DNA of 64,000 nucleotides from Octopus sinensis (Eukaryota), in the NCBI RefSeq assembly GCF_006345805.1, contig NC_043016.1, forward strand, positions 26,164,001 through 26,228,000, written 5' to 3'. Within the stretch, counting starts at the first letter, position 1; each line of letters opens with the position of its first letter. The position numbers and the translations under genes are program-made. Below, in pieces: positions 24,746-37,130 of the stretch. The notes below the pieces were generated by a model that was not told where the DNA came from, made no database searches, and worked only from the letters and a program-made list of their open reading frames with translations.

Positions 24746-25789
24746 ATGTCACTCTTGCAAGCTATTGGTAACATGTAATTCACTACAACTTGTTGTGTGC
24801 TTGGGTCGTCAGTGACTAAACTGGCAACCTCATCAAGCTTGCTTGATGAGGAGGGTGATTGTTGGACACCCTGCAGGATGAAAAAATAAGACCTGTAAAT
24901 GAGTGGAAGATCTGATGAGCAGTCAACAGTCATCCAACAATATGTGTACATGTGTGTGTGTGCATGTATGTTTATACAGGGACATGGAAATACCTGGCTG
25001 TGTCCAGGCTGCGGTTGGCCCACTGTGAATGAGAGGTCTCTCTTTTGTCACAACATCTCTCTTGGAGAGGAAAACTCTGAGAGAAAACCTGCAACACTGA
25101 CATTATTCGATGATGTAGACTAGATCTTTTCAAGTTTATGATGTCCATGTTCAGAGAGTGGGATTGGATTTGTTCAAATCCTTTCCCCACTATAAAAAAA
25201 TCATCATGCACAGGTATCGCTTGAAAAAAATGTAAGACTTGTCACAAAAATGGCTGGTTGTAGCCATTGCATATGTGGGACTTTCGATCAGGCAATGGCA
25301 ATACTTGAACACAAGCTTGCAACATCATACATGCATATGTATGTATGCATGCAACTGTAGACACACTATATCTGAATAAAAAGACAGGATAGTCACAGCG
25401 GGGACGCCTTCACGTATATCCCTGCTGCATGAGGTAGACCTGGGGTTAAACAACAACAACAACAACAACATATAAACTACTAAATAAATAACCAAAGACC
25501 AAATCATTTCATTTATTTATTTAAGTTTCCTTACATAAGATATTTAAAATATAATTATTTTTACACAGGATAAAAGGGGACCAGCTAATTATATTAATTT
25601 AGAATTCCACTGGTATTGTGTTTTACCAACCCAGGAAGGCTGAAAAGCAAAGTTGACCTTGGCAGGATTTGAAATCAAAATGTAAAAGCAGAAAGTAGTT
25701 GAGAAGAGGTGGCAGGATATCAGCTAGCTCTGAGAAGCAGAGGTCATTATGATAGCGGTAGAAAAGACACAGGGTGGCAGGTATTATTA

Positions 25790-26425
25790 GTAACTTGATT
25801 TAGAAACATAATAATTAATAGTATTAATTACCTTTTGTGCTTAGTTAATTAACATTTTACAACTTATTAGTAAATTATCTGAACTACATAATAATTGCTG
25901 ACATTAATTACTATGTTTGCTTAATTGAACAACTATTACTGGTAGACTGATTGAGCCACACAATTGTTACTTTTATTAATTACCATGAATGATTAATTGA
26001 TTAATTAACATTGTACAGCTATTATTAATGTATTAATTAAGGTGGCAAATGAGCAAAGTCATTACCACACAGTGCAGAATGCTCAGTGACATTTCTTCCA
26101 GCACTTTATGTTCTGAGTTCAAATGGCAGTGTAATCAACTTTGCTTTTCATTCTTTCAGAGGTTATTAAAATAAGTACCAGTTGAGCACTAGTGTTGCTG
26201 TAATCGACTAGACCCCTCCTTCAAAGTTGCCGGCCTTGTGCCAAAATTAGATAAAGATTATTTAGTATATTGACTGAGTTACATGATAATTACTGATATC
26301 AGTTACAATGTATAATCAATTAACATTGAACTGCTAATATAGGTAGATTGACTGACGTATTAATAACAGATATTAACCATCTTGGTTTATTAATTAATTA
26401 ACATTGAACAGCTATTATTGGTAGA
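25790..26425. repeat. Degenerate tandem array of about five 70-80 bp units, interrupted by a SINE
   Basis: Recurring ttaattaacattgaacagctattattggtag core at about 25846, 25921, 26001, 26318 and 26395. Confidence 0.65.
26039..26250 (+). mobile_element. Deu/Nin-like SINE, diverged
   Basis: ctgagttcaaat..actttgcttttcattcttt..aataagtaccagttgagcact. Confidence 0.7.
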
Positions 26426-26573
26426 ACACACTGTGGTCCAGGACATTGATTGTTGGTCATTGCTTGGATCATCTGGGTGAAAAATTGATTCATCTGATTT
26501 TGAATCAAGGTACACTGCTGGACATTGAGTTGTGGAATGTTCGGTGGTAAATTAATCACCACACCTCGACCAC
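26398..26573 (-). CDS. Exon 3 of the secreted chitin-binding protein (GGRGVVINLPPNIPQLNVQQC..QCPGPQCVLPIIAVQC*)
   Basis: Long pyrimidine tract ctgtttcatttctgtctctctttctctctatccatacag, phase 1, 58 codons to TAA, Gln/Asn/Pro-rich like exon 2. Confidence 0.8.
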
Positions 26574-26717
26574 CTGTATGGATAGAGAGAAAGAGAGACA
26601 GAAATGAAACAGTATTAACCCTTTAACATTTAAACCAACCATATCCAACCAAAATATTCTTCCTGTTTTATGCTCAAACTAACCAGGTCCTGCTTTTCAT
26701 ACCTACCCTACAATCAT

Positions 26718-26950
26718 TTCATTTAACGTCCGCTTTCCATGCTAGCATGGGTTGGACGATTTGACTGAGGACTGGTTAACCAGGCTCCAATCTGATCTGG
26801 CAGAGTTTCTACTGCTGGATGCCCTTCCTAAGGCCAACCACTCCAAGAGTGTAGGGCCAGTCTGGCGGTACGGGGAATGGACACGCTCAAAAAGGTGTTT
26901 TTTACGTGCCACCTGCGCAAGAGTCAGTCCAGAAGCACTGGCAACGACCT
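26718..26950 (-). mobile_element. RTE 3'UTR copy inserted into a TTAA MITE fragment (26616-26717)
   Basis: tttaacgtccgctttccatgctagcatggg..ggatgcccttcc follows ttaaccctttaacattt. Confidence 0.75.
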
Positions 26951-27289
26951 CACTTGAAGTGTAAAATAAGCAAACACTTGATTCGTTAGTACAAGGGATT
27001 CTGGGATATCTGGTGTTTCAACATTGGATGTGTCTCATCAGCCAGAAGACCCCTCCCCTTTCCAAGTCTAATGAATCTAACCAGAACCAATGGCCTTGGT
27101 TACAATTCTAGCAAACAAAACTGATTACTGATCCATGCTGATATCTGTCAGCCAATAATGAATTGTTATATGCATGGTAAAAATCAAGAACCAAAATGAT
27201 GACTTGCATATCCTCTTGTGACGAAACACAACAGTGATTAGTATAGTCACGTTCAAACCAGCCGGAATGTATTAAGAATGATTATGCTA

Positions 27290-27717
27290 AGGTAGATGCT
27301 GCTGCTGCTTGTTTGTTTGTTTATTGAGCGAAGCGGTCTTCGTCCCAGAGCTCGCAAGATCGCGCCTCAGAATTGCCTGTAGTGGGAGAAGTCCAAAACG
27401 TGGTCCTTTGCTATTCGTAAGACCCAATAAAGAGAAAGCAGGTCGACCCTCGACACCGAGAGCATCGATGGATGGATGAATGTGCATCCAGCCTCAGCAG
27501 TCGCGTAGGAAGTCGGGGACAAGAAACAGGAAGAAGAGTGAGAGAAAGTTGGAGCGAAAGAGTACAACAGGGGTCGCCACCACCCCCTGCCGGAGCCTCA
27601 TGGAGCTTTAGGTGCTTTCACTCAATAAACACACACAACGCCCGGTCTGGGAATCGAAACCGCGATCCTCCGACCGCGAGTTCGCTGCCCTAACCACTAG
27701 GCCATTGCACCTCCACA
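27290..27717 (-). mobile_element. Young CpG-rich tRNA-derived SINE in intron 2
   Basis: Minus strand: A box tggcctagtgg, B box ggtttcgattcc, body gtttattgagtgaaagcacctaaagctcc, short-repeat tail. Confidence 0.8.
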
Positions 27718-28031
27718 CTACTGCTGCTATTGATGTTGTTATTGTTGCTATTACTACTGCTGCTGCTGCTGTTTTTGCTATCCCATGACTGATCAGGCTT
27801 ATTATCAAAGATATTCCAGAACTATTACACTTTTACTCTTTTACTTGTTTCAGTCATTTGACTACAGCCATGTTGGCTAGCTATATTTTGAGGTAGATTT
27901 GATTTCTGTTTCTCGTTGATAAAACAACCAACAAGAGGCTCTGTCATTGGCTAGTTGACATTGTTGATAATGATGATGTTTATTAAGTAAACAGTGGTTG
28001 GGAAAAATAAAAAAAGAAAGGAAGAATTTAC

Positions 28032-28340
28032 CTTGTCCTGGTACTACTGGATTGAAATTGTTTCGTATTCCTGCACCGCCACCATTATTAGGTTGACATT
28101 GCCAAGCGCCTGGCTGAGGCTGAAAGTTCCGTCTTTGGTCATTGCAGAATACATTAGCATCTGCATCACATAGTGTGCGGGCATAGTCAAACTGCTGCCC
28201 TTCTGCACATCTGTCTCTTACAGGGAGGCAGTTGTTACAACGCCAGAACATAGTGCAGCCTGTACTGGCAAAATCTGGGAAAATTCCATTGGGTGCAGGA
28301 CAAACAAAATTAGCCTGAGCTTTCACTTGGGCAAAATATC
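28032..28340 (-). CDS. Exon 2 of the secreted chitin-binding protein: ChtBD2 / peritrophin-A (CBM14) domain
   Basis: Acceptor ttctttttttgcag, donor aag|gtaaat, 309 nt, phase 1-1. Cys spacing CX14CX5CX9CX12CX7C with conserved F/W/F aromatics. Confidence 0.92.
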
Positions 28341-28524
28341 CTGCAAAAAAAGAATATGGATTATGTATGTGTACTTAGGAATTTTTTTTTTTACATTTTT
28401 CAACTTCTATTTAGATATTAAAAGTTTTTTTCACAAATTTTCTTAGGAAATTATTTTAAGAATATAATCATCCATGCATATCATAAAGAATTAAGTTATG
28501 TCATGCGATATCAACATCGTTATT

Positions 28525-29290
28525 GTCATGGCTGGATGCCCTTCCAAAAATGTAGCGGGTTTTTTTTACGTGCAATTGGCACAGATACTATTGACCTTAC
28601 AGCAGTATCGGCCATGACTACAGTCTCACTTGGCTTTACAGGTCTACACGAGCACAGTATATTGTCAAAGGTCACTTGTGACTGCATCCACGAAGCCCAA
28701 CACTTGAATGGTGTATTTTATGTGCCACCAGTAGGGGTGCCCATTAGACAGCGCTAGCATTGGCCACAACTACGATTTTACTCGGCTTGACAGGTCTTGA
28801 CAAGCACAGCATATCACCCAACATTTGAAGGGCCAGTTACATGACATTGACATCAGGTCTTCTCAAGCATAGCATATTGTTGCTAGTCATAACCTCTGTG
28901 AGGCTCAACATTCGAAGATCATGCTTCACTACCTTGTCCCATGTCTTCTTGGATCTACCTCTTCCACAGGTTTCCTCAACCATTAGAGTGCAACACTTCT
29001 TCACACAGCTGTCCTCATCCATACACAACACATGACCATACCAGTGCAGTTGTCTTTCTAGCACACCACATCTGATGCCTCTTATGCCCAACTTTTTCTC
29101 AGGGCACTTACACTCTGAGTGAGAGGCCCTTTTTTACCAGTAGAGGTAGGAGCTCTCTGAACTTTGCCCAGCCTATTCTTATTCTAGCAGTATGCTCTCA
29201 GAGCATCCACCCTCGCTACTGACTTGGTCATCTAGGTAACAGAAGCTATCAACTACTTCTAGTTTTCCCCATAGCATATGATGGATTCAA
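28525..29290 (-). mobile_element. RTE LINE 3' end (ORF C-terminus plus 3'UTR)
   Basis: ERQLHWYGHVLCMDEDSCVKKC..GRGRSKKTWDKVVKHDL (28837-29091), continuing into the ggaagggcatccagc UTR. Confidence 0.88.
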
Positions 29291-29959
29291 TTTTCTGTAC
29301 ATTTTTAATGTTAATTGTACCTGTGCACTTTTCACACACAAAAACTATCTTCCTCTGATATTGCTGCATGTCTGTGTATATATATATATATATTTATATA
29401 TATGATGGACTTCTTTCAGTTTCCACTCACAAAGTTTGGTTGGCCCAAGGCTATAGCAGAAGACACTTGCCCAAGGTGCCATGCAGTGGGACTGAACCCC
29501 AGAACCATGTGGTTGAGAAGCAAGCTTCCTACCACACAGCTACACCTGCACCTATATAAGTGTTTAAGTTAAAAAAAACCCAGCTCATAGCTGTCAGTCA
29601 CAAGAGAATATGACCTGGTAACATGTATCATACATTTAGATATTCATATTGTCATGAGCAGACATAGACACCTTCTTGGTTCTGACATATCTCTTGACTT
29701 GTTGAAAATGAATACCAGCCACCAGCAGTCAAATAGGTTGGCATTCATTTTCAACCAAGTAACTGAAGCAATATGAAATGAAGCACCTTCTCCAAGGACA
29801 CAACATTGCCCAATCCAAGAACTGAACCTATGACCTTATGTTCATGAGCCCAACACCCTACCCACTGGACCATAAGCAATAGTCTGAAAAAGCTTCTTTC
29901 TTTGTTATTTCTAAAAAAAAAGCCAACTACTGTTTCAATATTTCTGTAGTGGACAACCT

Positions 29960-30240
29960 GCCATGTGAAAAGCATCCAGTCTACACTGTAAAGTGGTTGG
30001 CATTAAGAAGGGTAACTAGCTGTAAAAACCATGCCAAAACAGACCTTGCCAGTGCTGGTGCCACATAAAAAGTACCCCGTAAGGTGATTTGTGCAAGGAA
30101 GGGCATCCAGCCACAAAAACCATGCCAAAACTGACAGTGAAACCTGGCATAGTCCTCTAGCTTGCTAGTTCCTGCCAAGCTGTCCAACCCATGCCAGCAT
30201 GGAAAATGGATGCTAAATGATGATAATGATGATGATGGTG
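29960..30240 (+). mobile_element. RTE 3'UTR copy
   Basis: aagggcatccagcc..ctgtccaacccatgccagcatgg..gatgatgatg. Confidence 0.75.
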
Positions 30241-30692
30241 ATATTAAACTTCTTTGATGTAAACACTGGCTTCATATGTTTATTTTACTAATCCCAATGG
30301 GATGAAAGATAGAGCAAGCTAACTAACAGCTGTAGGGCTTTTAAATCAGGGTTAAGGTTAAGGTTAGAGTTAATGATAACATTATTTAATGAGTGGAGAA
30401 TTAAAAAAATGAACTAAACATAAATATGAAGCATGGTAAAAAAAATATGATATTTAACAATGCTTAATATTTTATCTATTTATTTTCATTTTCATTTTTT
30501 TTTCTTTCCCCATGTTTCAAGCATGAGAAATTTTTTTAAATATATGGAAAACATGTTAGTCATCGACTAATATATTTTCTTTCCCTGCCCACAGAATGAT
30601 TTCTAGTTAACTTTTTAATTCTCATTATAAGTAACATGTTAACATTAGATTAACTACTGCTGTTGTTCTTGTTTAGCCCCCAAACACACATA

Positions 30693-30937
30693 TACTCTTT
30701 TACTTGTTTCAGTTATTTGACAATGGGCATGCTGGAGCACCGCCTTTAGTCAAGCAAATTGACCCCAGGACTTATTCTTTGTAAGCCTAGTACTTATTCT
30801 ATCGTTCTCTTTTGCTGAACCACTAAGTCATGGGGACGTAAACACACCAGCATCGGTTGTCAAGCGATGTTGGGGAGACAAACACAGACACACAAATATA
30901 TACACACACACACATACATATGTATATGTGTATGTAT

Positions 30938-31008
<71 letters not shown>

Positions 31009-31185
31009 CATACATAATATACATATATATATACATATATATGACGAGCTTCTTTCACTTTCCGTCTACCAAATCTACTCACAAGGCTTTGGTCAGCCCA
31101 AGGCTATAGTAGAAGACACTTGCCCGAGGTGCCACGCAGTGGGACTGAACCCAGGACTACTTACCATACAGCCACTCCTACACCT
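30693..31185 (-). mobile_element. SINE family A with a long (CA)n insert
   Basis: Reverse complement of the family A consensus. Confidence 0.85.
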
Positions 31186-31279
31186 ATGGTCAGAAAAATT
31201 TAAATATTGATTATCTCATCTTTTTTTCTCTTTTATCTCCAGTGTTTATTCACCAATGTATACCTCTTTTTGTCTTTTA

Positions 31280-32151
31280 TTAACCTTTTAGCATTCATAT
31301 TACTCTGTTGAATGTAATGTTTATCTATTCACATTGTTCTTGAATTAATCATTAATCATGTAGTTTCCAGATTTCAATGATGTAGTTGTTTATTTTTAGA
31401 ATGACATTGTAAGGTAGGTATGAGAGGTTGGATTAGGCTGGTTTGAATATTAAAACTGGTAGAATATTTTAGCTGGATAGTCATTTATTCTTCATTTATT
31501 GTTTCAGTTATTCGACTGCAACCATGCTAGAGCACCACCTTGAAGAGTTTTTAATTGAAGAAATTTACCCCAAGACTTATTCGTAAGCTTAGTACTTATT
31601 CTATCAGTGTCTTTTGGTGAACTCCTAAGTTACAGGGACATAAACACACCAGCATTAGTTGTCAAGTGATGGTGGAGAGGATGACAAACACAGACACACA
31701 TAAATATATACCTATGTGTATATATACATATTAGCGAGCTTCTTTCAGTTTCTTATTTCTTTACTGACCACAAGGAGCTACACACAGAGGGGACAAACAA
31801 GGACAGACAAATGGATTAAGTCGATTATATCGACCCCAGTGCATAACTGGTACTTATTTAATTGACCCCGAAAGGATGAAAGGCTAAGTCGACCTCGGCA
31901 GAATTTAAACTTAGAACGTAGCAGTAGACAAAATACCGCTAAGCATTTCGCCTGGCGTGTTAACGTTTCTGCCAGCTTGCTGTTTACCAAATTCACACAG
32001 AAGGCTTTGGTTAGCCTGAGGCTATAGGAGAAGACACTTGCCCAAGGTGCCACACAATGGGACTGAAAGAAGAACCATGTGGTCGGGAAGCAAGCTTCTT
32101 ACCAGTCAGCCATACCTGTGCCTACGGTCAATTTAAATGCTAAAGGGTTAA
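31280..32151. mobile_element. TTAA MITE containing SINE A (31497-32122), which contains a Deu/Nin-like SINE (31753-31980)
   Basis: ttaacctttta..aaagggttaa termini. SINE A is split exactly at cttctttcagtttc|tgtttaccaaattcac. Confidence 0.8.
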
Positions 32152-32715
32152 GATTTGGTTGAGACCTGACTGTTATTTCTAGAAGTGTGAACACCCATGT
32201 AGGAACTTTTTTGTTGACTCTTATTATATGCAATGAATGAAATGGCAATATACAATAATGACAACTTAAAAGCACATGTACCTCAGAAAGACTTCATACA
32301 TGTACCAGTATCCACATGCCAAAAAACAAAGTATAAAATGAGACAGAGCCTTCTTTTGTAATATCATCAAAATTCCAAGCTCTTAAGCCTTTAGTATTCA
32401 GATTTAAGTATCAAATATAATACTTATTTATCCACATTAATTTGAATTAATAATAAATTATCTTGCAGCTTCAAGATTTCAATGATGAGATTCTTTATAT
32501 TTTAGACTAACATTGTGAGGTAGGTATGAGAGACTGGATCTGGTCTGGTTGAACATAAAGCAGGTAGAACTCATTCTTCTCTAGTCTGACCACGACTGAT
32601 TTCTTCCAGAGAGAGGGGGATGGGGAGGGATTAGAAGGACAGAGAGTTAGAGGAAGAGAGAGGTGGGAGAAGAGTGAGGTAGAAGAAGAGATAGAGAGAA
32701 TGAGAGAGATGTATG

Positions 32716-32759
<44 letters not shown>

Positions 32760-33941
32760 TAGACACATAGATGGCTAAGCAGACAAAGCAGACAGAGAAT
32801 GAAAATCAGCACCAGTGCTGGTCTATATGTATTGACACTTCGCCCCCACAAAAAAAGTGAATCGGTAAAGTGGGCCTCAGCAAGATTTAAAGCCAGTGCA
32901 AAGTGCCAGGACAAACACTGCTAGATATTCTATCCAACACTATAACAATGGTAACCTGAGAGGGACACAAAGCCATCTTTGGGTGCTCGTTGGCTTGAGT
33001 GATGCATTTCTGTATACATTCCTCCTACTCAAAAAGGATCCATAAGTCTCCAGACTACCTGTGCTATAGCACCCTTGGTACATAGTTTACAATAGTACTA
33101 GTAGAACATTAACTCTCTGTTACCATGTTTCTGTGGGAATACACTGCCTTTGTTTCAATTTATTTTGAAAATAATGAAGAATTTAGTAAAAGAAATCTGT
33201 CATTATTGAGTTGACATTTGGAACTTAAATTAACATGGAATTTTGATGGACAGTTTTAATTTAGATGACTTTAAAACAGGACGTTTGTATCATAAAACCA
33301 GAAGGTAGTCACAGGCAGGTTAGTACAAAAGGGTTAAATGAGACAGCTAGGATTTTGTGATTGGTACTTGGATGTTGAATGTCTCCCACCATAATTAACA
33401 ACCAAGAATCAAAGCTTATAATGTGTGGAAAGACACCCTGTCCATTCTCACAGAATCTACCAGAGCAAACAAGACTGAGCACACTGAGAAATAAAGCAAT
33501 GACAATAATAATGATGTTGATGATGATGAATTTATTGTATAGAGTGCCTGGTGCAGTACAAAGTGAAAGAAGAAAGAGATTCAATTCTGCTATATCACTT
33601 TAATCTAGAAAGCTTTTAGTCTGTTGTTTCATAACCATTGTTGTATGCAACACATTTTAATCAATATGATTTTGAATTTGAAAAATAACAAAAAATAAAA
33701 AAGGAAAAGTAAGGAAAAAAAAATCACCATCTTATTATCATACCAGTTATTATTATCATAAGTTACAGTTTTACAAACAATATATCACCATAGCAATATA
33801 TAACAATGAACACGTTTCAGGATATCTTTTTCTCAACTTCCAAAATGTATCAGAGGACGGAGAAGTAAATCAAGTGAACAGGTATTTTATCAAGAATATG
33901 TTTTTAAAATATAAAAGAGAAAAATATCACTGCAAACTTAC

Positions 33942-33975
33942 CTGCCAGAAACAGAAGCAATATTCTGACCTGCAT
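33942..33975 (-). CDS. First coding exon of the chitin-binding protein (signal peptide MQVRILLLFLAG)
   Basis: ATG at 33975, donor cag|GTAAGT, phase 1, splices in frame to give MQVRILLLFLAGYFAQVKA-Q. A possible upstream acceptor (ttttccttag at 34006-34007) suggests a non-coding exon further 5'. Confidence 0.85.
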
Positions 33976-34249
33976 ACTAATGTAATGTAGGTTACAGTGA
34001 TTATTCTAAGGAAAATCACAAACTCCTCCAATTAAATACCGACTTAACAGGAAATGTGTTGGTTTCCTTGTTCAACTTGCCTTTTTTTCTGATGTTTTTA
34101 CTACAAATAGCAAGAAGACTAAATCTTTCAGCAAACAACTTAACACGTTTCTCTCTTTCTTGAGTGTTTATTTAGGTGTTGAAGGTTACAAAAAGGGTAA
34201 AATACCAGGCTAAATACTTTAGTGTTGTTTAGTGTTTGTCCTTCTAAGA

Positions 34250-34900
34250 TTCTGAGTTCAAAAACTGACAGGATCAACTGTAATACCAATTTCTGAGACC
34301 AACTGATTCAACTTAACTTTTTGTATTACTACAAACTGGGTGTCAGATCCAGAATTATTATTGTCAAGATTATCTCTGACTGAGAGAACAGATGACCTGA
34401 GAGAGCGGAGGTAGTGAGGTGTACACAGGGCCATCTTCTGGTTCTCATGGGCGCTATGCATGGATGCTGTATGCTAAACGAAATGACATATCAGCCCACC
34501 AACAACTTAAGTACATTCTTTTGTGGACCCCGGTGATCTGAAGATGACACATCTAAATATACACACTTAAAGCTGATCCTCAGAAGGATCATGTAATCGA
34601 ACACCATCAGCCAGATATCATTATATTGAATAAGAGAGAGAGAAATGTTGTCAGATCATTGATGTAGCCATAGCAAATGACATGACTGTTGTGAGTAAGG
34701 AGGTTGAAAAAATCACCAAGTACTCCAATTGAATGTGGAAATGGCAAGACTCTATGGAATGTGAGAGGGTAATGTAAAGGGGTACCAGTGGTGATTGGAG
34801 CACTTTGCTCAATCTCATTGAAATATCAAGATCTCTTAACTGGAAATCCCATACAGCTTTACTGGGCAGAGCACACATCTTAAGGAAAATATTATCTGTC
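34250..34900 (+). mobile_element. R4/Dong-like LINE 3' fragment (RLE endonuclease)
   Basis: HHQPDIIILNK, IIDVAIAND..KEVEKITKY, VVIGAL, TALLGRAHILRK motifs. Confidence 0.75.
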
Positions 34901-34944
34901 TGAGGTCCTTGTTGTGACTTGACAGATGATTAAAGGCTCTGGTG

Positions 34945-35480
34945 CATTTTTACCTACACTGCGTTACGAAGGAATAATAAAAATAACAGTAATGATAAAG
35001 ATAATAATGACAATAGTAATAATAACTGCACAGGTAGCAACAATAGGAAGGACAGGGCCAGTTGTAACTGTAGAGGGGATAGGGAACGTATTTTAAATAA
35101 ATCATGCTTAGAAAAGAACATAGTATATGAATGTGCAGTAATAACACAGAACATAGCTTACAAGTACATAGGATGCTGTGCCATGACATTTAAGCTCTGA
35201 TATTACAACCACATCTTGTCATTTAGGCACAAAAGTTATGAAAATGTGATATCACTTAGCAAGCTAATATTGCAACTTAGGAAGGAAAAAGCAGAATATG
35301 AGCTGAAATGGTCAATCCTCAGTAGAGTTAAACCATATGAAATAGGTAGTCATTCCAAATCCTAACATCAGTGGGTAATCTTATTAACCGTAGGCAGGAA
35401 ATAGTGATATTATGTCAGCATTTTAAAAATAACTTTAATGATATAGCGAGAGGTATAGGTTGGGATGGGTATAATGCCTA
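34945..35480 (+). mobile_element. Neptune-type PLE fragment (Asn-rich linker, CxC, GIY-YIG)
   Basis: NNKNNSNDKDNN..SCNCRGD..SCLEKNIVYEC..YKYIG..YNHILSF..LKWSILSRVKPYEIG. Confidence 0.8.
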
Positions 35481-36599
35481 AGGGATGAATGTTAATTACC
35501 TAAAATTTTTCTATATATGGGTTTTCTATTTATTTTATTTAGTTTCATTTCACTATATTTTAAAGTCTTAAAATGTTTAAAAGTTTACATATTATTTTTA
35601 TATTATTTTAAAAAATATTATTTTGTATTTTATGTATGTGTATGTATATATATATATATATTTCCATATTTAACATTTTTAAAACTTTATTTTATTTTAT
35701 TCTTTTAAGATTTTCATTTTTTTAAGGCCTTTAATTTTTAACTTTTAATTTTTATTTTCATTTCATTATTATTGTAATTCTAACCCTCTTATTGTTGTTC
35801 TATTATCATCCTATGATTATAATTTTTTAAAAATAATTTTGTAACATTATTTTATTGTTATTTTATTATTATTATTTTTATTGGTTTTGTTGATGTTGGT
35901 GTTGTGACTTCATCATAATTCTTTTAGAATCACCCATTATTCCTCAAATTTATTTAAATTCTTTTATGTCTTGGTTTGCTTTAATGCTAACTTTAAAAAG
36001 TTTAACTTTAGTTCAAATTTTAATCTATATTCTTTTTATTGGTTTAAACTTTAAAACCCATCTAATCAGGTTAATCTGAATTTACATTTGACTTTAAACA
36101 ACTTTAACTTGACCTCATCCCATTTTGGCCTAACATCTCACAATCTATCAGTATTTATTTGCTAGGTAGGAAGAGCATTCTCAACCTCTATGCTACAATA
36201 TGACTACTACTAATATTCCTATCTTCTAATATAATTCCCCTACAATGCTTGATTGCAACAATCACTAGATATTGATCATGAGTATAAATATTGACCATGT
36301 CTTAGATTGACCATGTGTATAAAATCCCATATCAAATTTCAACACAATGGTTGGAGAATACCTAATCTATATACAATGTTAATATGATAATGGGTGTTGA
36401 GCTGGCTACAAACACTTGTTTTTTTATTCACCATAAAGGTTTTACACAGAGGGGACATTACAATACATTGGGGACACAAAACATCAAAAATTAAAATTAA
36501 AATTAAAAATAAAAACATAAGCGTATGATAGATATGAAAAAAGGGTGAAAATGAGAGATGAAAGTGATGTTAACTGCCCCATCAGTCAACATCACTTAC

Positions 36600-37130
36600 T
36601 TGTCCTCATCCCTATTTCAATGAAAAAAACCACGTAGTCCCCTAGAATTATCCCATATATTTTCTCAAGTTCGTCCCTCTTTTCCTGTTTCAACCTTCCC
36701 CTTATTACCAAATACACTTTTCTAAGTTCTTTTTCAAGCTCCGTCACCTGATTTTCTGTCAACACCACTTCCATTCCTGCATTCCAGCTATCTGGCAATT
36801 CGACTTTTCTCCAGTCCTTTCAAATTTCAAATACATCCTCATCGTTAATAATTCCCACGTAATGTTCTTCTGGTCGGAGGTTTGTTTTATGACTGACCCT
36901 CTTCCAAATCTTGGCAATACAATGCCCCTGCTTCTATTAAGTGACTCCTATACCATCTCCTTACTTCTCTCTACCCCTTTGTAACCTGTCTTCCTTTGTT
37001 CTCTATTCTACTTGCATCTTTCCATCTTCTTTTCCTCCCTTCCCCATGTAATATACATACCTTCAGTGTTCTGCTTGTTATAACCAGAAATGGCTCTGAT
37101 GAAAGTAGCATTAATTTTCTTGGGTCATTC
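36600..37130 (-). mobile_element. Decayed CR1/L2-like LINE 3' fragment
   Basis: RRTLRGNY and WNAGMEVV..ELEKELRK resemble CR1 RRRLRGDL and WNxLPxxVV..FKxxLDK. Confidence 0.45.

Noticed and set aside
27640-27717. tRNA-like sequence with A and B boxes
   Set aside because: No acceptor stem and it continues into a SINE body; it is a SINE head, not a tRNA gene.
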